NCBI GenBank assembly: GCA_021777055.1
Contig: JAIQZO010000067.1
Coordinates: forward strand, 135,932-199,931
Source of the DNA: Candidatus Anammoxibacter sp.
Lineage (GTDB): Bacteria > Planctomycetota > Brocadiia > Brocadiales > Anammoxibacteraceae
Reading direction: 5' to 3'
DNA: 64,000 nt
Positions 20,167 to 30,326 of the stretch are shown piece after piece; positions within the stretch are counted from its first letter, which is position 1; every line of letters begins with the position of its first letter. A model generated the notes under the pieces. The model saw nothing but the letters and a program-made list of their open reading frames with translations. It made no database searches and was not told the origin of the DNA. The position numbers and the translations under genes were made by a program.

Positions 20167-20853
20167 CTATTCGGTTTCAAGAAAAATATTTGCATACCAA
20201 GTTTCTATCTTTTCATGGGTTCTGTCAGTATTAGTCTGGATCCCAACATATATGATTTCGCCAGGTTCCTGACCAAACTCTTGTATATAATCACTGTAAT
20301 GGTTTACTTTATAATTTAGCCATCTGTTTACGTTTTCCTTTCCACTTTCTACGACTATCATCCGTGCGTTTTTTTTGCAGGGATTTGCAAACCTTTCCCC
20401 TTTCTGGATATTATTGCCAAACACATAAATTAATGCCCTGTATCTGTACGGCATGCCAAATAACGTTTTGCCGTAAACAATACAGATAGACGCAGGATAA
20501 TCATCCGCGCCTTTCTCTTTTTCTATGCTATTGGGTAATATTTTTGATACCTTCCATTCCCATTTAAGAAATTTATACTCCAATGGGGGCAGCTTAACAG
20601 GTTTTAATGCTATTACGCCACTGTCGTTGACGTTTGCATATAGCGTCTTTCGGTTATCAATCTCCATTATGCTGGGTTTTGTTCTGTATTTAATTCTTCT
20701 GCAAAATCCCTTTTTGAGCTCCCACCCGTTTACAATTCCTTGATCTAACTCCTCACTACTGAATTCTGTAATGGGAAAAACACCGCCTTGTGTAGCATCT
20801 GCAACACTTAAATAAACAAAAAGTGTTAACAATAATAATATAAATCTTTGCAT
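20167..20853 (-). CDS. exported DUF3047-like protein
   Basis: Signal peptide; LKWEWKV, DDYPA, IVVESG, TNTDRT motifs. Confidence 0.7.
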   Translation of the reverse strand: MQRFILLLLTLFVYLSVADATQGGVFPITEFSSEELDQGIVNGWELKKGFCRRIKYRTKPSIMEIDNRKTLYANVNDSGVIALKPVKLPPLEYKFLKWEWKVSKILPNSIEKEKGADDYPASICIVYGKTLFGMPYRYRALIYVFGNNIQKGERFANPCKKNARMIVVESGKENVNRWLNYKVNHYSDYIQEFGQEPGEIIYVGIQTNTDRTHEKIETWYANIFLETE

Positions 20854-20891
20854 CGCTAACCTTTCAAAATTAAACTTTTATCACAAAAAAT

Positions 20892-21851
20892 TTATGTGGC
20901 CCTGCTAAACTTTTTGAGCCAGAGATGTTTAAAAACACTTTTGACAATCTGACGAATATTAAATCCTACCGGAATTAGTCTGGGGAGTACAAAGTCAAAT
21001 ATTTTTACAGTGTCTACTGGTTCTCCGGCAATATTTATCTTCTCAATCATGTGTTCGCCTATATCATGCTTGATTGCCGTCTTTAGTATTGGTGAAGACG
21101 AAGGATCCGTATTAAGGACCTCTGCAATCACACGGTCAATTGCAACGCAATCAATACCGCCTAAGATCAGTGAGACTGCTTTTGGATCGCCGCCCGAAGG
21201 ACCTTTTCTCTCCATTGCCATTACAGCATCAACAATAGTAAATACCGGTTTTACCTTGAGATAGTTTGCCAGTAACATTTCTGTATACCAAACCATATCA
21301 CTGTTTGATCTAAAATGACGCCACGCTTTTCTTTTTCCGCTGACGCAACCATACATGTTTTTAACTGCAGCAGTATATAGAAACTGTACATGTGCTTTCA
21401 ACTTTGGAAGATTAATAATTGCATCCACATCCAGTGCTTTGCCTGAAATTGTAAGTGGAAATTCCTTTTCCCTGCACCTGATATTTACTTTACGTGGTTC
21501 ATCCAGTTCAATTATATCTATGTTATGTTGCCGGGCAAACCTGTCAATCCCAATACATTCTGCAATTCGAGCAACAGAACCAAAAGCGGGACTGTCACCA
21601 ATGATAGGTACCGCCCCTATTTCTAGTAATTTTTCGGCAACGGTTTCAATAACTATCGGGTGAGTAACTGTACACTTCTCTGGTGTGCTTCTTTTTATAA
21701 AGTTCGGCTTTAAAAGTACCTTTGTGTCACTCTTTATTACCTTTTCAATACCGCCGAAATATCCAAATGATTGGTCTATTGCTTTACGCACATTTTTTTT
21801 GTCATAATCAAAGCATTTGACAATCGATACAGTTGTTTTGTCCATCTTCAT
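20892..21851 (-). CDS. DUF362 family protein
   Basis: VLLKPN, THP, GDSP, INLPKLKAH, AVKNMYG, D.VAID. Confidence 0.85.
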   Translation of the reverse strand: MKMDKTTVSIVKCFDYDKKNVRKAIDQSFGYFGGIEKVIKSDTKVLLKPNFIKRSTPEKCTVTHPIVIETVAEKLLEIGAVPIIGDSPAFGSVARIAECIGIDRFARQHNIDIIELDEPRKVNIRCREKEFPLTISGKALDVDAIINLPKLKAHVQFLYTAAVKNMYGCVSGKRKAWRHFRSNSDMVWYTEMLLANYLKVKPVFTIVDAVMAMERKGPSGGDPKAVSLILGGIDCVAIDRVIAEVLNTDPSSSPILKTAIKHDIGEHMIEKINIAGEPVDTVKIFDFVLPRLIPVGFNIRQIVKSVFKHLWLKKFSRAT

Positions 21852-21996
21852 AAAAAATTATTTTTCTGGCAAGATATTAAAATAGAGAATTTCTATACCA
21901 TTCATATTTTATTATTATAAAGTTTATATTATACAAATAAACTACATAACGGCAAAATATTCTTTTCTTAAATATTCTGATATCTAAATGTTTTAT

Positions 21997-22235
21997 CCGT
22001 GTTGTCCGGTTAGCTGTTTGTTTCATACATATGTTTATGAACATTGAGTGCCTAAGTTGCCTAAAATGAGCTAAAGTTTTAGAAATTTATTTATTATTAA
22101 TTAAAAACAACGCTATTAACTTTAGGCACTTTAAGTAATTTAGTCATTTTAGGCAATTTCTTGCGCAAGGATATTGGGAAATGTTCATAAATATGAAACA
22201 TTATTATACTACAAAAAGCTAACAGGACAATGCTG
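21997..22235 (-). mobile_element. MITE copy A (same family as 23448-23677, inverted)
   Basis: TIRs CCGTGTTGTCCGGTTAG / CTAACAGGACAATGCTG; flanking duplication ATGTTTTAT/ACGTTTTAT (8/9). Confidence 0.85.
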
Positions 22236-22996
22236 ACGTTTTATAGGTTTTAACTGTTTTGAAAAAATAACATTCAAACTATCCTCGCAAAAATTTCTGT
22301 CCAGAAGGTAAAGGGCCGAATTCCATTTTGTTCGACTGATACTCTCTGCCGGTCAACCCTGGATCACGGATAGAGGTTACATATGATATAACGAATTTGA
22401 TATTTGGCAACTTGAAAGAAAATATTGGATCTTCTCATATTTTCTAGGGTGTAGGCTAAAGAGGAAGAGGTATAGGATTCTTGGATTGAGAGATCTTAAG
22501 TTTAAATACTTTGAGTCCGTGGAAGACAGATCCCTCACTTCTTGGGAGTTTAATTATTCTAGTTATTTCCCTCTAAAACTGCGGCATAAATAGAATATGA
22601 ACGAGGCGGATCTATGATCATTTAGCATTTCCGCAAAATCTATTAGGTGCTTATTATCGATTTTGTATGCTATTGATAACCATTTATCTAGAGGATTATT
22701 GACCCAGCCGATTTTCCAATTTTATTTCTACCTCGACATTTTCTTAGTATTGGATCTTGCTCTTCTTTTAGGCCATTTACTCCCTATTTTAATTCAATGT
22801 AACCCCAGAGTTTTCTTTGGCTACAAGTCCTTTATTTGTTGTGTTGAGTAAAATAAATTCATTGCCCGCCGCAAATTGGCCTCCCTCAATAAACAACCAC
22901 TTAAAGCGTTACAAAGGTAACACTATGTCGGTTTGGCGTTAGAAAACTAACGTTTGTGTTGTGGCTGTGCGTGTGTACTACTACATTTTTCTTACA

Positions 22997-23068
22997 TAAC
23001 ATATTGATTTTGTTGACATTCCCATATTCCCTGCTTTTCGGCTTTGTTCGGTATAATATTTGCTTAAA
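22997..23068 (+). promoter_or_regulatory. IHF site plus sigma54-type -24/-12 promoter
   Basis: AATCAATATGTTA (reverse strand, 22997-23009) fits WATCAAN4TTR; GG-N10-GC at 23050-23063. Confidence 0.55.
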
Positions 23069-23447
23069 CTTAAAGGTTCAGAATAGAGGTCTATACATAT
23101 TTGGCTGAAATCATTAGTGACAAATAATAGTAAATAACTCTAATGCATATGATGCCATTTTATTGTAATAATGATTTTTTGCCGTCAGGTAGATGTTGCT
23201 TCAATAATTAAATACGTGAAATATAGTAAAGAGCGTAAAGCATTAAATATATCAGTCAAGCAGTAAATAGTTTAGGTATTTAATTGCCGAGTTAATATTA
23301 AATTAATATGGAGAAAGGAAGTTTTCGAAGATTAAAAGTGTTGTGTTTGTCTACTTACACGTTGTCTTCTCTTGGTATTTTATCATAACACTCTCAATTC
23401 TCTTTAACCCTATACGTTGGGGAAAGTCCTGATAACCTATTTATAAT

Positions 23448-23677
23448 CAGCATTGTCCGGTTAGTCTTTTGCAGTGCAAAAAACGTTACATATTTATCGA
23501 TATTTTACAGCCGCATAATGGGGAAAGTGCCTAAAATGCCTAAAATACTTAAAGTGCCTAAAGTTAATAGTGTTGTTTTTTATTAATAATAAATAAATTT
23601 CTATAACTTTAGCTCATTTTAGGCACTCAACGTTAGCATATATATATGCTATGCAAATCCTTAACCGGACAACACTG
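23448..23677 (+). mobile_element. MITE copy B
   Basis: TIRs CAGCATTGTCCGGTTA / TAACCGGACAACACTG; perfect 9-bp target duplication ATTTATAAT at 23439-23447 and 23678-23686. Confidence 0.9.
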
Positions 23678-23751
23678 ATTTATAATGAAAATAATACCTC
23701 TGGAGATGTCAATTTAATTCAATATTTCTACCATTATGTCGGGTGCTTTTT

Positions 23752-23907
23752 CAGGCATGGTCAAATGAACTTTATTATTCCTTTAGCGGGGGAGAATAGT
23801 CATAATCAAGGCATCTTTCCCTGGTTTTCGCAGTAAAACTGGATTAAAGTAGGGGATGCAATTCCTGATTTTGCCAGAACCAGAGATTGTTCATTTGACC
23901 CTGCCTG
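23752..23907. mobile_element. 156-bp MITE-like element of another family
   Basis: 19-bp TIR CAGGCATGGTCAAATGAAC / GTTCATTTGACCCTGCCTG (1 mismatch). Confidence 0.7.
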
Positions 23908-24150
23908 TTTTGTTGTAATTTACAGAGAGCTATTTGCAGATGTTCAGGTTTATGTTAAGTTTGTTTCATTATACAAACTGCAATTATGAAAACAGATGTT
24001 TGCGTTGTTATGATATTTGCGAAGAATAAAAACGGCGAATATATTGCGAATCTTAGTGATTGGGAATAAAGATTATGTTTTTATATATTCCGAAACTGAA
24101 ATGATTTTCTAATTTAACGGTATTTTTACATATATTGAGGACTTTGTAAA

Positions 24151-25359
24151 TTGAACTATAGTATTTTAAAGAACAAAACAATCAGATTTTTAAATATTTT
24201 TTTTATTTATTTCATAACCATAACTTCCTTTGCTTTTTTTACAATGACAAACATATTTGCAGAAGAAGTTACAATAACATGGAATGCAAATACAGAAGCT
24301 GACCTTGCCGGATATGAATTGCATCATGGAAATCAAAGTAGGAATTACACTATGAAGGATGTCGTTTTTGGCAACATTACAACCCATACGATTGAAATCC
24401 CTAATACGGGGGAATATTTTTTTGCTTTAAAAGCATTTGATACATCCGGTAATGCGAGTGAATTTTCTGATGAGATAAGCCGTTTTGTCCTAGATACATC
24501 AGGAGGTGTGGTACCAGATATTATACCACCAACAATAACTTCCGTTAAAATGAATGATGATCCAACAAAAGTAATTGTTGCTTTTAGTGAACCAGTTGAT
24601 ATTTCTGGTGCGACTTACTCCATTAGTAGTGGAATTAGTGTTTTCTCGGCCGGAACAAGTGATGGCGTTAAGACTGTTACTTTAACTACAAGCCCACACA
24701 TCGAAAATGTGTCGAATACATTAAACATTGTAGAGATAAAAGACTTGGCCAGTATTCCAAATGTTATAGACCCAAATAATTCTACAACCTATTTGTTTGT
24801 GCCGTCAACACTAACACCAGATGAGACAGTTGATGATTTTAGTGTTGATACAACAGGCAGTTATTCAGTAACTGATGTCAGGACTACAGGAGGATTTGGA
24901 TCATTTAAATATGATGCTTCAGGAGAAAGGATTCAAGTGGTTACAGGTGATAATATTGGTTTGAAGATATCGCAAGATGTGAAATCACTTGGCAGGGGCA
25001 TTTTTAGCATAGATTTTTTGCCGACTGTTAAACATCCCAAAGGTGGGATATTTATATTGCGCCTTGTACAAGATGAAAATAACTATTATAAATTGATAAA
25101 TACTGATGGTTATGGTCCTGGAGAGCTAATGAAATATGTAAATGGTGTTAAAGTTTCTAGCGTGCCATTTGGTAATGAATTCTCACAGAACAGCAATTAT
25201 GCAGTGGTGATAAATTTTAGTTCTGACCAAACTACAGTTGAAGCATTTGGAGAATCAATTTTTATAAGTACTGATAACAATCCAATCATGGTTAATCGTT
25301 TTGAAGTTGAGCTGGAGCAACAGGATGCATTCTTCGATAATATAATTTACAAGGATTAA
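24151..25359 (+). CDS. secreted FN3/Ig-like domain surface protein
   Basis: Signal peptide; WNANTEADLAGY...AFDTSGNASEFS (FN3); DIIPPTI...FSEPVD (Ig-like). Confidence 0.75.
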   Translation: MNYSILKNKTIRFLNIFFIYFITITSFAFFTMTNIFAEEVTITWNANTEADLAGYELHHGNQSRNYTMKDVVFGNITTHTIEIPNTGEYFFALKAFDTSGNASEFSDEISRFVLDTSGGVVPDIIPPTITSVKMNDDPTKVIVAFSEPVDISGATYSISSGISVFSAGTSDGVKTVTLTTSPHIENVSNTLNIVEIKDLASIPNVIDPNNSTTYLFVPSTLTPDETVDDFSVDTTGSYSVTDVRTTGGFGSFKYDASGERIQVVTGDNIGLKISQDVKSLGRGIFSIDFLPTVKHPKGGIFILRLVQDENNYYKLINTDGYGPGELMKYVNGVKVSSVPFGNEFSQNSNYAVVINFSSDQTTVEAFGESIFISTDNNPIMVNRFEVELEQQDAFFDNIIYKD

Positions 25360-25435
25360 TCATCTGGTTAAGTAAATACTAGATTTTGGGAAGTATTGAT
25401 TTTCAGAAATCTGGACTTCTCAACTATATAATATA

Positions 25436-25520
25436 AGTAGTGTCAGGTTAGAGTCTTGCATGCGCGATTCTTGTTTTGGGAGATAAGGTAAAACATGAAA
25501 AAACCTAACTGAGCACTACT
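25436..25520. repeat. 85-bp degenerate MITE-like element
   Basis: AGTAGTGTCAGGTTAG / CTAACTGAGCACTACT (12/16). Confidence 0.45.
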
Positions 25521-25679
25521 GATATTATATAGCTTTGCTGAAATTAAATAGCAAAGTATAACAAGTTTTCTCCGCTTTAGAAAATAGGGAGCACTGGGAT
25601 TTGATACATGTTTAGAAAACTTAGAGTTGATTAATTACAGTAATTATTTAAAATAAGCCTGTAGTCTTTTCGTGTCTTT

Positions 25680-27605
25680 TCATTGAGAAATAGTTAGTGA
25701 TGACAGCCCTGTCACTGCAGGAAATCCAACTGCTCCTATAATAGTGGCCCTTTCTGTTGTTTGGTCTATTTTGATAAGATTAGATGGTGTTCCTATGTTT
25801 GAAGTACTTATGCCGAATAGTGTTTCGTCGGAAAAGTGTAAGTCTCGAATTGAATATCCGGTCATGCCAACGTTACCAATATGGCGGGTACGGCCGGATG
25901 AGATATCAATCTCAACTATTACGCTGCTTGTGCCATTTTTTCTTGCGCCTGAAGCAATGAAAACGTTTTTCTTCAAGTTAAATGCTAAGCCAGTCAGAAC
26001 TATATTTGCGGGATTCACATCTGCTTGTAAAATTTTTCTAGCTGATGCGTTTACTTGGTTTATGGCATAAAGTGTGTTGGTCCTGTCTACTCCAAATAAT
26101 ATATCGTTATCATTGAATGCAATGCCTTTTACAAAGCGAATGGGGATATTACTGTCTTTTCTGACTATTGTGCCTAAGATAAAGGAATTTCCTGTTTCCG
26201 CGTCAATCCTCACCAGTCTTGATTTGCGCCCACCAGTTGATCCGAAGATTTCGCCAGACTGGTTAATGGCAAGGCCTGATATCCTTAATTGGTTTGTTTG
26301 CCCGACGATGGATCCTTTGCCTGTTGTAGTATCCAGGGTTAGCAGTGTTCCTGAGCTTGAAATGTTGAATCCTGTAGACGCATAGCAGATTCCAGGTATA
26401 GCCTTTTTAAACTCATTGCAAATGAAATTTATCCCGGTTGAACTTGTCCCGTCAATTGCTACAAAATCCAGGGGTGTGTCCGGAGGGTTTTTGGCCCCTT
26501 CATCCTCTCCGTTGTAGAACTCCTCTTCATCAATGGATATTGGTGGAGATATGGGTGGAACACTTGAACCTGCTGTAAACCGCGGATTAATTTGTACTTT
26601 TTCAACTGTATAGTTTGCTCCAGGTGTAAGACCGAGAATGTTGAATGTGCCCTTCAGTTCTGGAGGGGTGGGGCCTGGGCCAAAAATACTGTTGGGGAAA
26701 AAAAGTCCTCCGGATACACTCGAGACTGCGTCGCCAAAAGGGTCCGCTACGTTTCTGGCGATAATATTGGCGCCACGAACTTGCGTTACCATATTTTCAC
26801 GAAAAACTTGCCCGCTTATAAAGCCTTTCTTTCCTGTGTCATTACCGTAAATGAATTCTGCGGTTGAAAGATCATCCCTTGTGGGTGTTGTGGAACTGTT
26901 TCCATCGCCGATTAATATGGGAAACATTATTTCCACTATACCTTCGCCTTCAGGTGGCAGACCATAAATGGTAAATCCCGGGTCATCAGTGTCACCAATA
27001 AATGCCGTGCCGTTAACTTGAGAATGTCCGAAATTAAGGGCGTGTCCCATTTCGTGTGTAATAACTGTTTGTGCTACGGACAGAGGAGCCTCTATGCCAT
27101 CTGAAGTGTCTCCGTCAATCAGGTTTCCGTTGTAGGCCTGGAATGTTTCAATAATCTCAAATGTTTCAGTATCTATAACCTCTATTGTTGCAAATCCTAT
27201 AACCCCTTCAGGAAGGCCCAAATCTGCAAAAAGGGAGCCATCTGCGTCAAATACAACAGGGCTTTTATCGTCTGCGACAGAGAAAATGGCGTTAAACTCT
27301 TCAATTGTGTCCACATCTCCGTCTGCCGAAAGGGATCCGATGCTGTTAATGGAGAATCTCAGCTCTAAAGTGGGCTCATTAGCGCCGCTCCAGATATTTA
27401 TGGCATTCATTGCGAAATCTATTGCTTCGGTGGATGAGAGTGTGCCGTACGGTCCTTCGTCAAAATCAGTTGGTGTGGGTTTAGATGTGTCGTGCCGAAA
27501 TGGTATACCTGTGTTGCTGACAAACGTATAACCTCCCGGGAATACTTTTGGCATGAACAGAAATGAAATTGCCGCTATACTTAACATTACCGTTCTTAGC
27601 AACAC
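25680..27605 (-). CDS. secreted metzincin zinc metalloprotease with C-terminal beta-propeller-like repeats
   Basis: Signal peptide; HEMGHALNFGHS and Met-turn IMFP. Confidence 0.8.
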   Translation of the reverse strand: MLLRTVMLSIAAISFLFMPKVFPGGYTFVSNTGIPFRHDTSKPTPTDFDEGPYGTLSSTEAIDFAMNAINIWSGANEPTLELRFSINSIGSLSADGDVDTIEEFNAIFSVADDKSPVVFDADGSLFADLGLPEGVIGFATIEVIDTETFEIIETFQAYNGNLIDGDTSDGIEAPLSVAQTVITHEMGHALNFGHSQVNGTAFIGDTDDPGFTIYGLPPEGEGIVEIMFPILIGDGNSSTTPTRDDLSTAEFIYGNDTGKKGFISGQVFRENMVTQVRGANIIARNVADPFGDAVSSVSGGLFFPNSIFGPGPTPPELKGTFNILGLTPGANYTVEKVQINPRFTAGSSVPPISPPISIDEEEFYNGEDEGAKNPPDTPLDFVAIDGTSSTGINFICNEFKKAIPGICYASTGFNISSSGTLLTLDTTTGKGSIVGQTNQLRISGLAINQSGEIFGSTGGRKSRLVRIDAETGNSFILGTIVRKDSNIPIRFVKGIAFNDNDILFGVDRTNTLYAINQVNASARKILQADVNPANIVLTGLAFNLKKNVFIASGARKNGTSSVIVEIDISSGRTRHIGNVGMTGYSIRDLHFSDETLFGISTSNIGTPSNLIKIDQTTERATIIGAVGFPAVTGLSSLTISQ

Positions 27606-27683
27606 GTATAAAATCCCCTAACCCCCGTTTCTAAATGGGGAAAACTTGTTGTAATTTTACAAACTGTTTTTTTAAGACTATAA

Positions 27684-28289
27684 CTACTTGTCATTTAGGC
27701 TTAACATCTTTTCTATTATGCCTATAAAAAGGTTAACATTAACTGCCCCTTTTTTGCGGACCATTAGCTCTTTCTCGTTTTCATCAAATATTTTATATCG
27801 CTGTGATTGCAGATCCATTCGGTGAAACAATCCTTTATTTCCGAAGTTGTTTACTGCCTCCTCTGAGTTAATCATCTGAAAAGCACCCTGTTCCATACCT
27901 ATAGGGCTTGCAAGTCCGTATCTGCTCTCGTTTCTTAGAAAGAGTATATATTTGCGGCCTTTTTCGTAATATGGCATTCCAATTATACTTCCTATGCCAT
28001 TTGCTTTGCCTATTTGCCTTAGCTTGACAGTTGGGCCGTAGGTACCTTTGATTTTTTTGAGGATTTTAAATGTGTATTCGGTGCAAGTTGTATGATTTTC
28101 ATTGGAGACGTTTATCTTTCTCTCTTCTACCAATGTGCAGATGCCGATAAATATCTTATCTGCCAGTTTGGTCAACTCTTCTGCATTTCTATGTAATAAT
28201 GTTGTTGCGTTGGTATCATTTGTTTTGGCATAGAATACCACGCTAGAGAGTAGTATCACTGTGAGAAAAGAGGTAAATTTACTTTTCAT
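27684..28289 (-). CDS. exported hypothetical protein upstream of the protease
   Basis: Signal peptide; 201-aa ORF. Confidence 0.7.
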   Translation of the reverse strand: MKSKFTSFLTVILLSSVVFYAKTNDTNATTLLHRNAEELTKLADKIFIGICTLVEERKINVSNENHTTCTEYTFKILKKIKGTYGPTVKLRQIGKANGIGSIIGMPYYEKGRKYILFLRNESRYGLASPIGMEQGAFQMINSEEAVNNFGNKGLFHRMDLQSQRYKIFDENEKELMVRKKGAVNVNLFIGIIEKMLSLNDK

Positions 28290-28311
28290 GATAAATAGGC
28301 AGATTATTGTT

Positions 28312-30237
28312 TTACAGTTTCAGGGCCGCTTCCATTCCCTCCGATATTGCTTCTAATGCTGTACGTCCTGAAACGGCATCACCCACAACTGCAACTTCCT
28401 TCACAAAATCCTGAATCGATTCAGCAAGATCTTTGTTTGGTTTGTTTAAGGTTGACATAACTATATGGTCAAATCCATCAAGTCTTTGTTCTTCCTCTCT
28501 TCTTTTCTTCACCACAAGGTAGCCTTTTCCAACTTTAACTACCTTTGTGCTGATAATCATTTTTACGTTAGCTTTTTTTAATCTTTCAACTATATGGTAT
28601 CTTGGATGGGCGATCAGCCCCATACCGATAATCCTCTTCATTTCCAGTAAAGTGATGTTCTTTCCCGCTGAGGATAAAAAATCTGCAAGTTCGCAACCCT
28701 CGGGGCCAGCACCCACAATCACAATATTTTTGCCTAATTCGTTTACGTTTAAGAATGCGTCTTTAATATCAATGATATCTGCGTCTTCTACACCTGGTAA
28801 TTCCAGTTTGACCTCTTTTGAACCAACTGCCGCTATTACCGCATCAGGTGCAAATTCCATTACTGATTCAGTTGTTGCCTCTTTGTTCAACTGAACATTA
28901 ATGCCGTGTTGGTTGACGTGGTTAACAAGATACTTCAGCATATTTCTCATTGGTTCTTTAAATGGCGGTAAAGTTGAATATCTAAAGTTTCCACCTAGTT
29001 CATTTTCTTTTTCCCATATGGTGACTTTATGTCCCCGTTTAGCGGCAGTCTCTGCCGCGCTCATTCCCCCAGGTCCCCCTCCTATGATTAAGACATTTTT
29101 GGATAGTGGTTTAGGCATTGCTGCAATTGCAGCCTCTTTTCCTATGGCAGGGTTTACTGTACAAGTCAGCTTTCTGTCCATTATACTGTTAATGCACTTG
29201 TTACATGATAGACACGGTCTTAGTTCCTCAAGTTGCCCAGCCTTTGCCTTTTCTGGCATGTGCGGTTCACCGATCAGGACCCTTCCAAATGCGACAAGGT
29301 CTGCTTTGTTCTGTTCCAGAATTTTTTCTGCGTATTCAGGGCCCAGGATTCGTCCCACTGTAATAATCGGTACATTAACAACGCTTTTAACCCCTTCTGC
29401 AAGATGTGTAAAACAACCCTCCTCCAGATAGTATGTGGGTATGTTAAAGAAAGGAGATGCGCTATTACATGCTGAAACATGTATGGCGCTAGCTCCTGCT
29501 TTTTCAAGCATTTGGGCGTGGAGCTTCCCTTCTTCGAGTTTGATGCCGGTATCTGTATATTCATCTGCGCTTATTCTGCATATAACAGGATAGTCTTGTG
29601 GGACTTGTTCCCTGATTGCTTTAACAATTTCTACTGCAAACCTTGCCCTGTTTTCTGTGTTTCCACCATATTCATCTGTTCGAATGTTTGCTTCAGGTGA
29701 CAGAAACTGATTAACAAGGTAGCCGTGTGCCATGTGGATCTCTATTCCGTCTGCGCCTGCTTCGTAAACTCTTTTGCCTGAATCGGCAAATTTCTTGACT
29801 AAGTCATGTATCTCCTTTACAGTCAGTGCCTTTGGGGTTTGCTTGGTTAAAGGACTTGGTATGGATGAAGGAGAGACCGGGTCTAGGCCGGTAAAGTAGG
29901 TTAGGGCCTCTTTACCTCCGTGGCTCAGCTGAATAACTATCTTTCCGTCTAACTCATGAACAGCATCTGTAAGTTTTCTCAGGCCCGGTATAAACTTATC
30001 TTCAAAGATGCATAACATCCCATCGTTTAGTCTCCCTGCAGGATCAATGGCTGTGTTTTCTACAGTGACATATCCGACTCCGCCCTTAATCCGTTCACTA
30101 TAATATGATATGATTGCATCGGTAACATGTCCCTCTTCGTTGCAAAGATGTGTTTCCATTGCAGGCATAACTATGCGGTTTTTTAATTCCATCGAACCTA
30201 TCTTAAAAGGGCTAAACAGTTTTGGAAAGTGATTCAT
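28312..30237 (-). CDS. NADH:flavin oxidoreductase (OYE + Fe-S + FAD; FadH/BaiCD-like)
   Basis: LKNRIVMPAM, HMAHGYLVNQFLSP, CLSCNKC...CTVNP, IGGGPGG. Confidence 0.9.
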   Translation of the reverse strand: MNHFPKLFSPFKIGSMELKNRIVMPAMETHLCNEEGHVTDAIISYYSERIKGGVGYVTVENTAIDPAGRLNDGMLCIFEDKFIPGLRKLTDAVHELDGKIVIQLSHGGKEALTYFTGLDPVSPSSIPSPLTKQTPKALTVKEIHDLVKKFADSGKRVYEAGADGIEIHMAHGYLVNQFLSPEANIRTDEYGGNTENRARFAVEIVKAIREQVPQDYPVICRISADEYTDTGIKLEEGKLHAQMLEKAGASAIHVSACNSASPFFNIPTYYLEEGCFTHLAEGVKSVVNVPIITVGRILGPEYAEKILEQNKADLVAFGRVLIGEPHMPEKAKAGQLEELRPCLSCNKCINSIMDRKLTCTVNPAIGKEAAIAAMPKPLSKNVLIIGGGPGGMSAAETAAKRGHKVTIWEKENELGGNFRYSTLPPFKEPMRNMLKYLVNHVNQHGINVQLNKEATTESVMEFAPDAVIAAVGSKEVKLELPGVEDADIIDIKDAFLNVNELGKNIVIVGAGPEGCELADFLSSAGKNITLLEMKRIIGMGLIAHPRYHIVERLKKANVKMIISTKVVKVGKGYLVVKKRREEEQRLDGFDHIVMSTLNKPNKDLAESIQDFVKEVAVVGDAVSGRTALEAISEGMEAALKL

Positions 30238-30326
30238 TTTCGTTTATAACCTCGTTAATTTTTGTTGTGGATGATTGCCGTTGTGGATTTGAACAAATAG
30301 ATACAATGCCTTCGCTTCAAAACGAT

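Noticed and set aside
22280-22545. Minus-strand reading with several in-frame stops, considered for recoding
   Set aside because: Mixed TAG/TGA stops and no recognisable family; more likely decayed sequence.
21997-23677. Composite transposon bounded by the two inverted MITEs
   Set aside because: Each copy has its own distinct target duplication, indicating separate insertions.
23651-23836. 61-aa ORF (also 22663-22851 and 50680-50874)
   Set aside because: They span MITE or promoter DNA and have no recognisable coding features.
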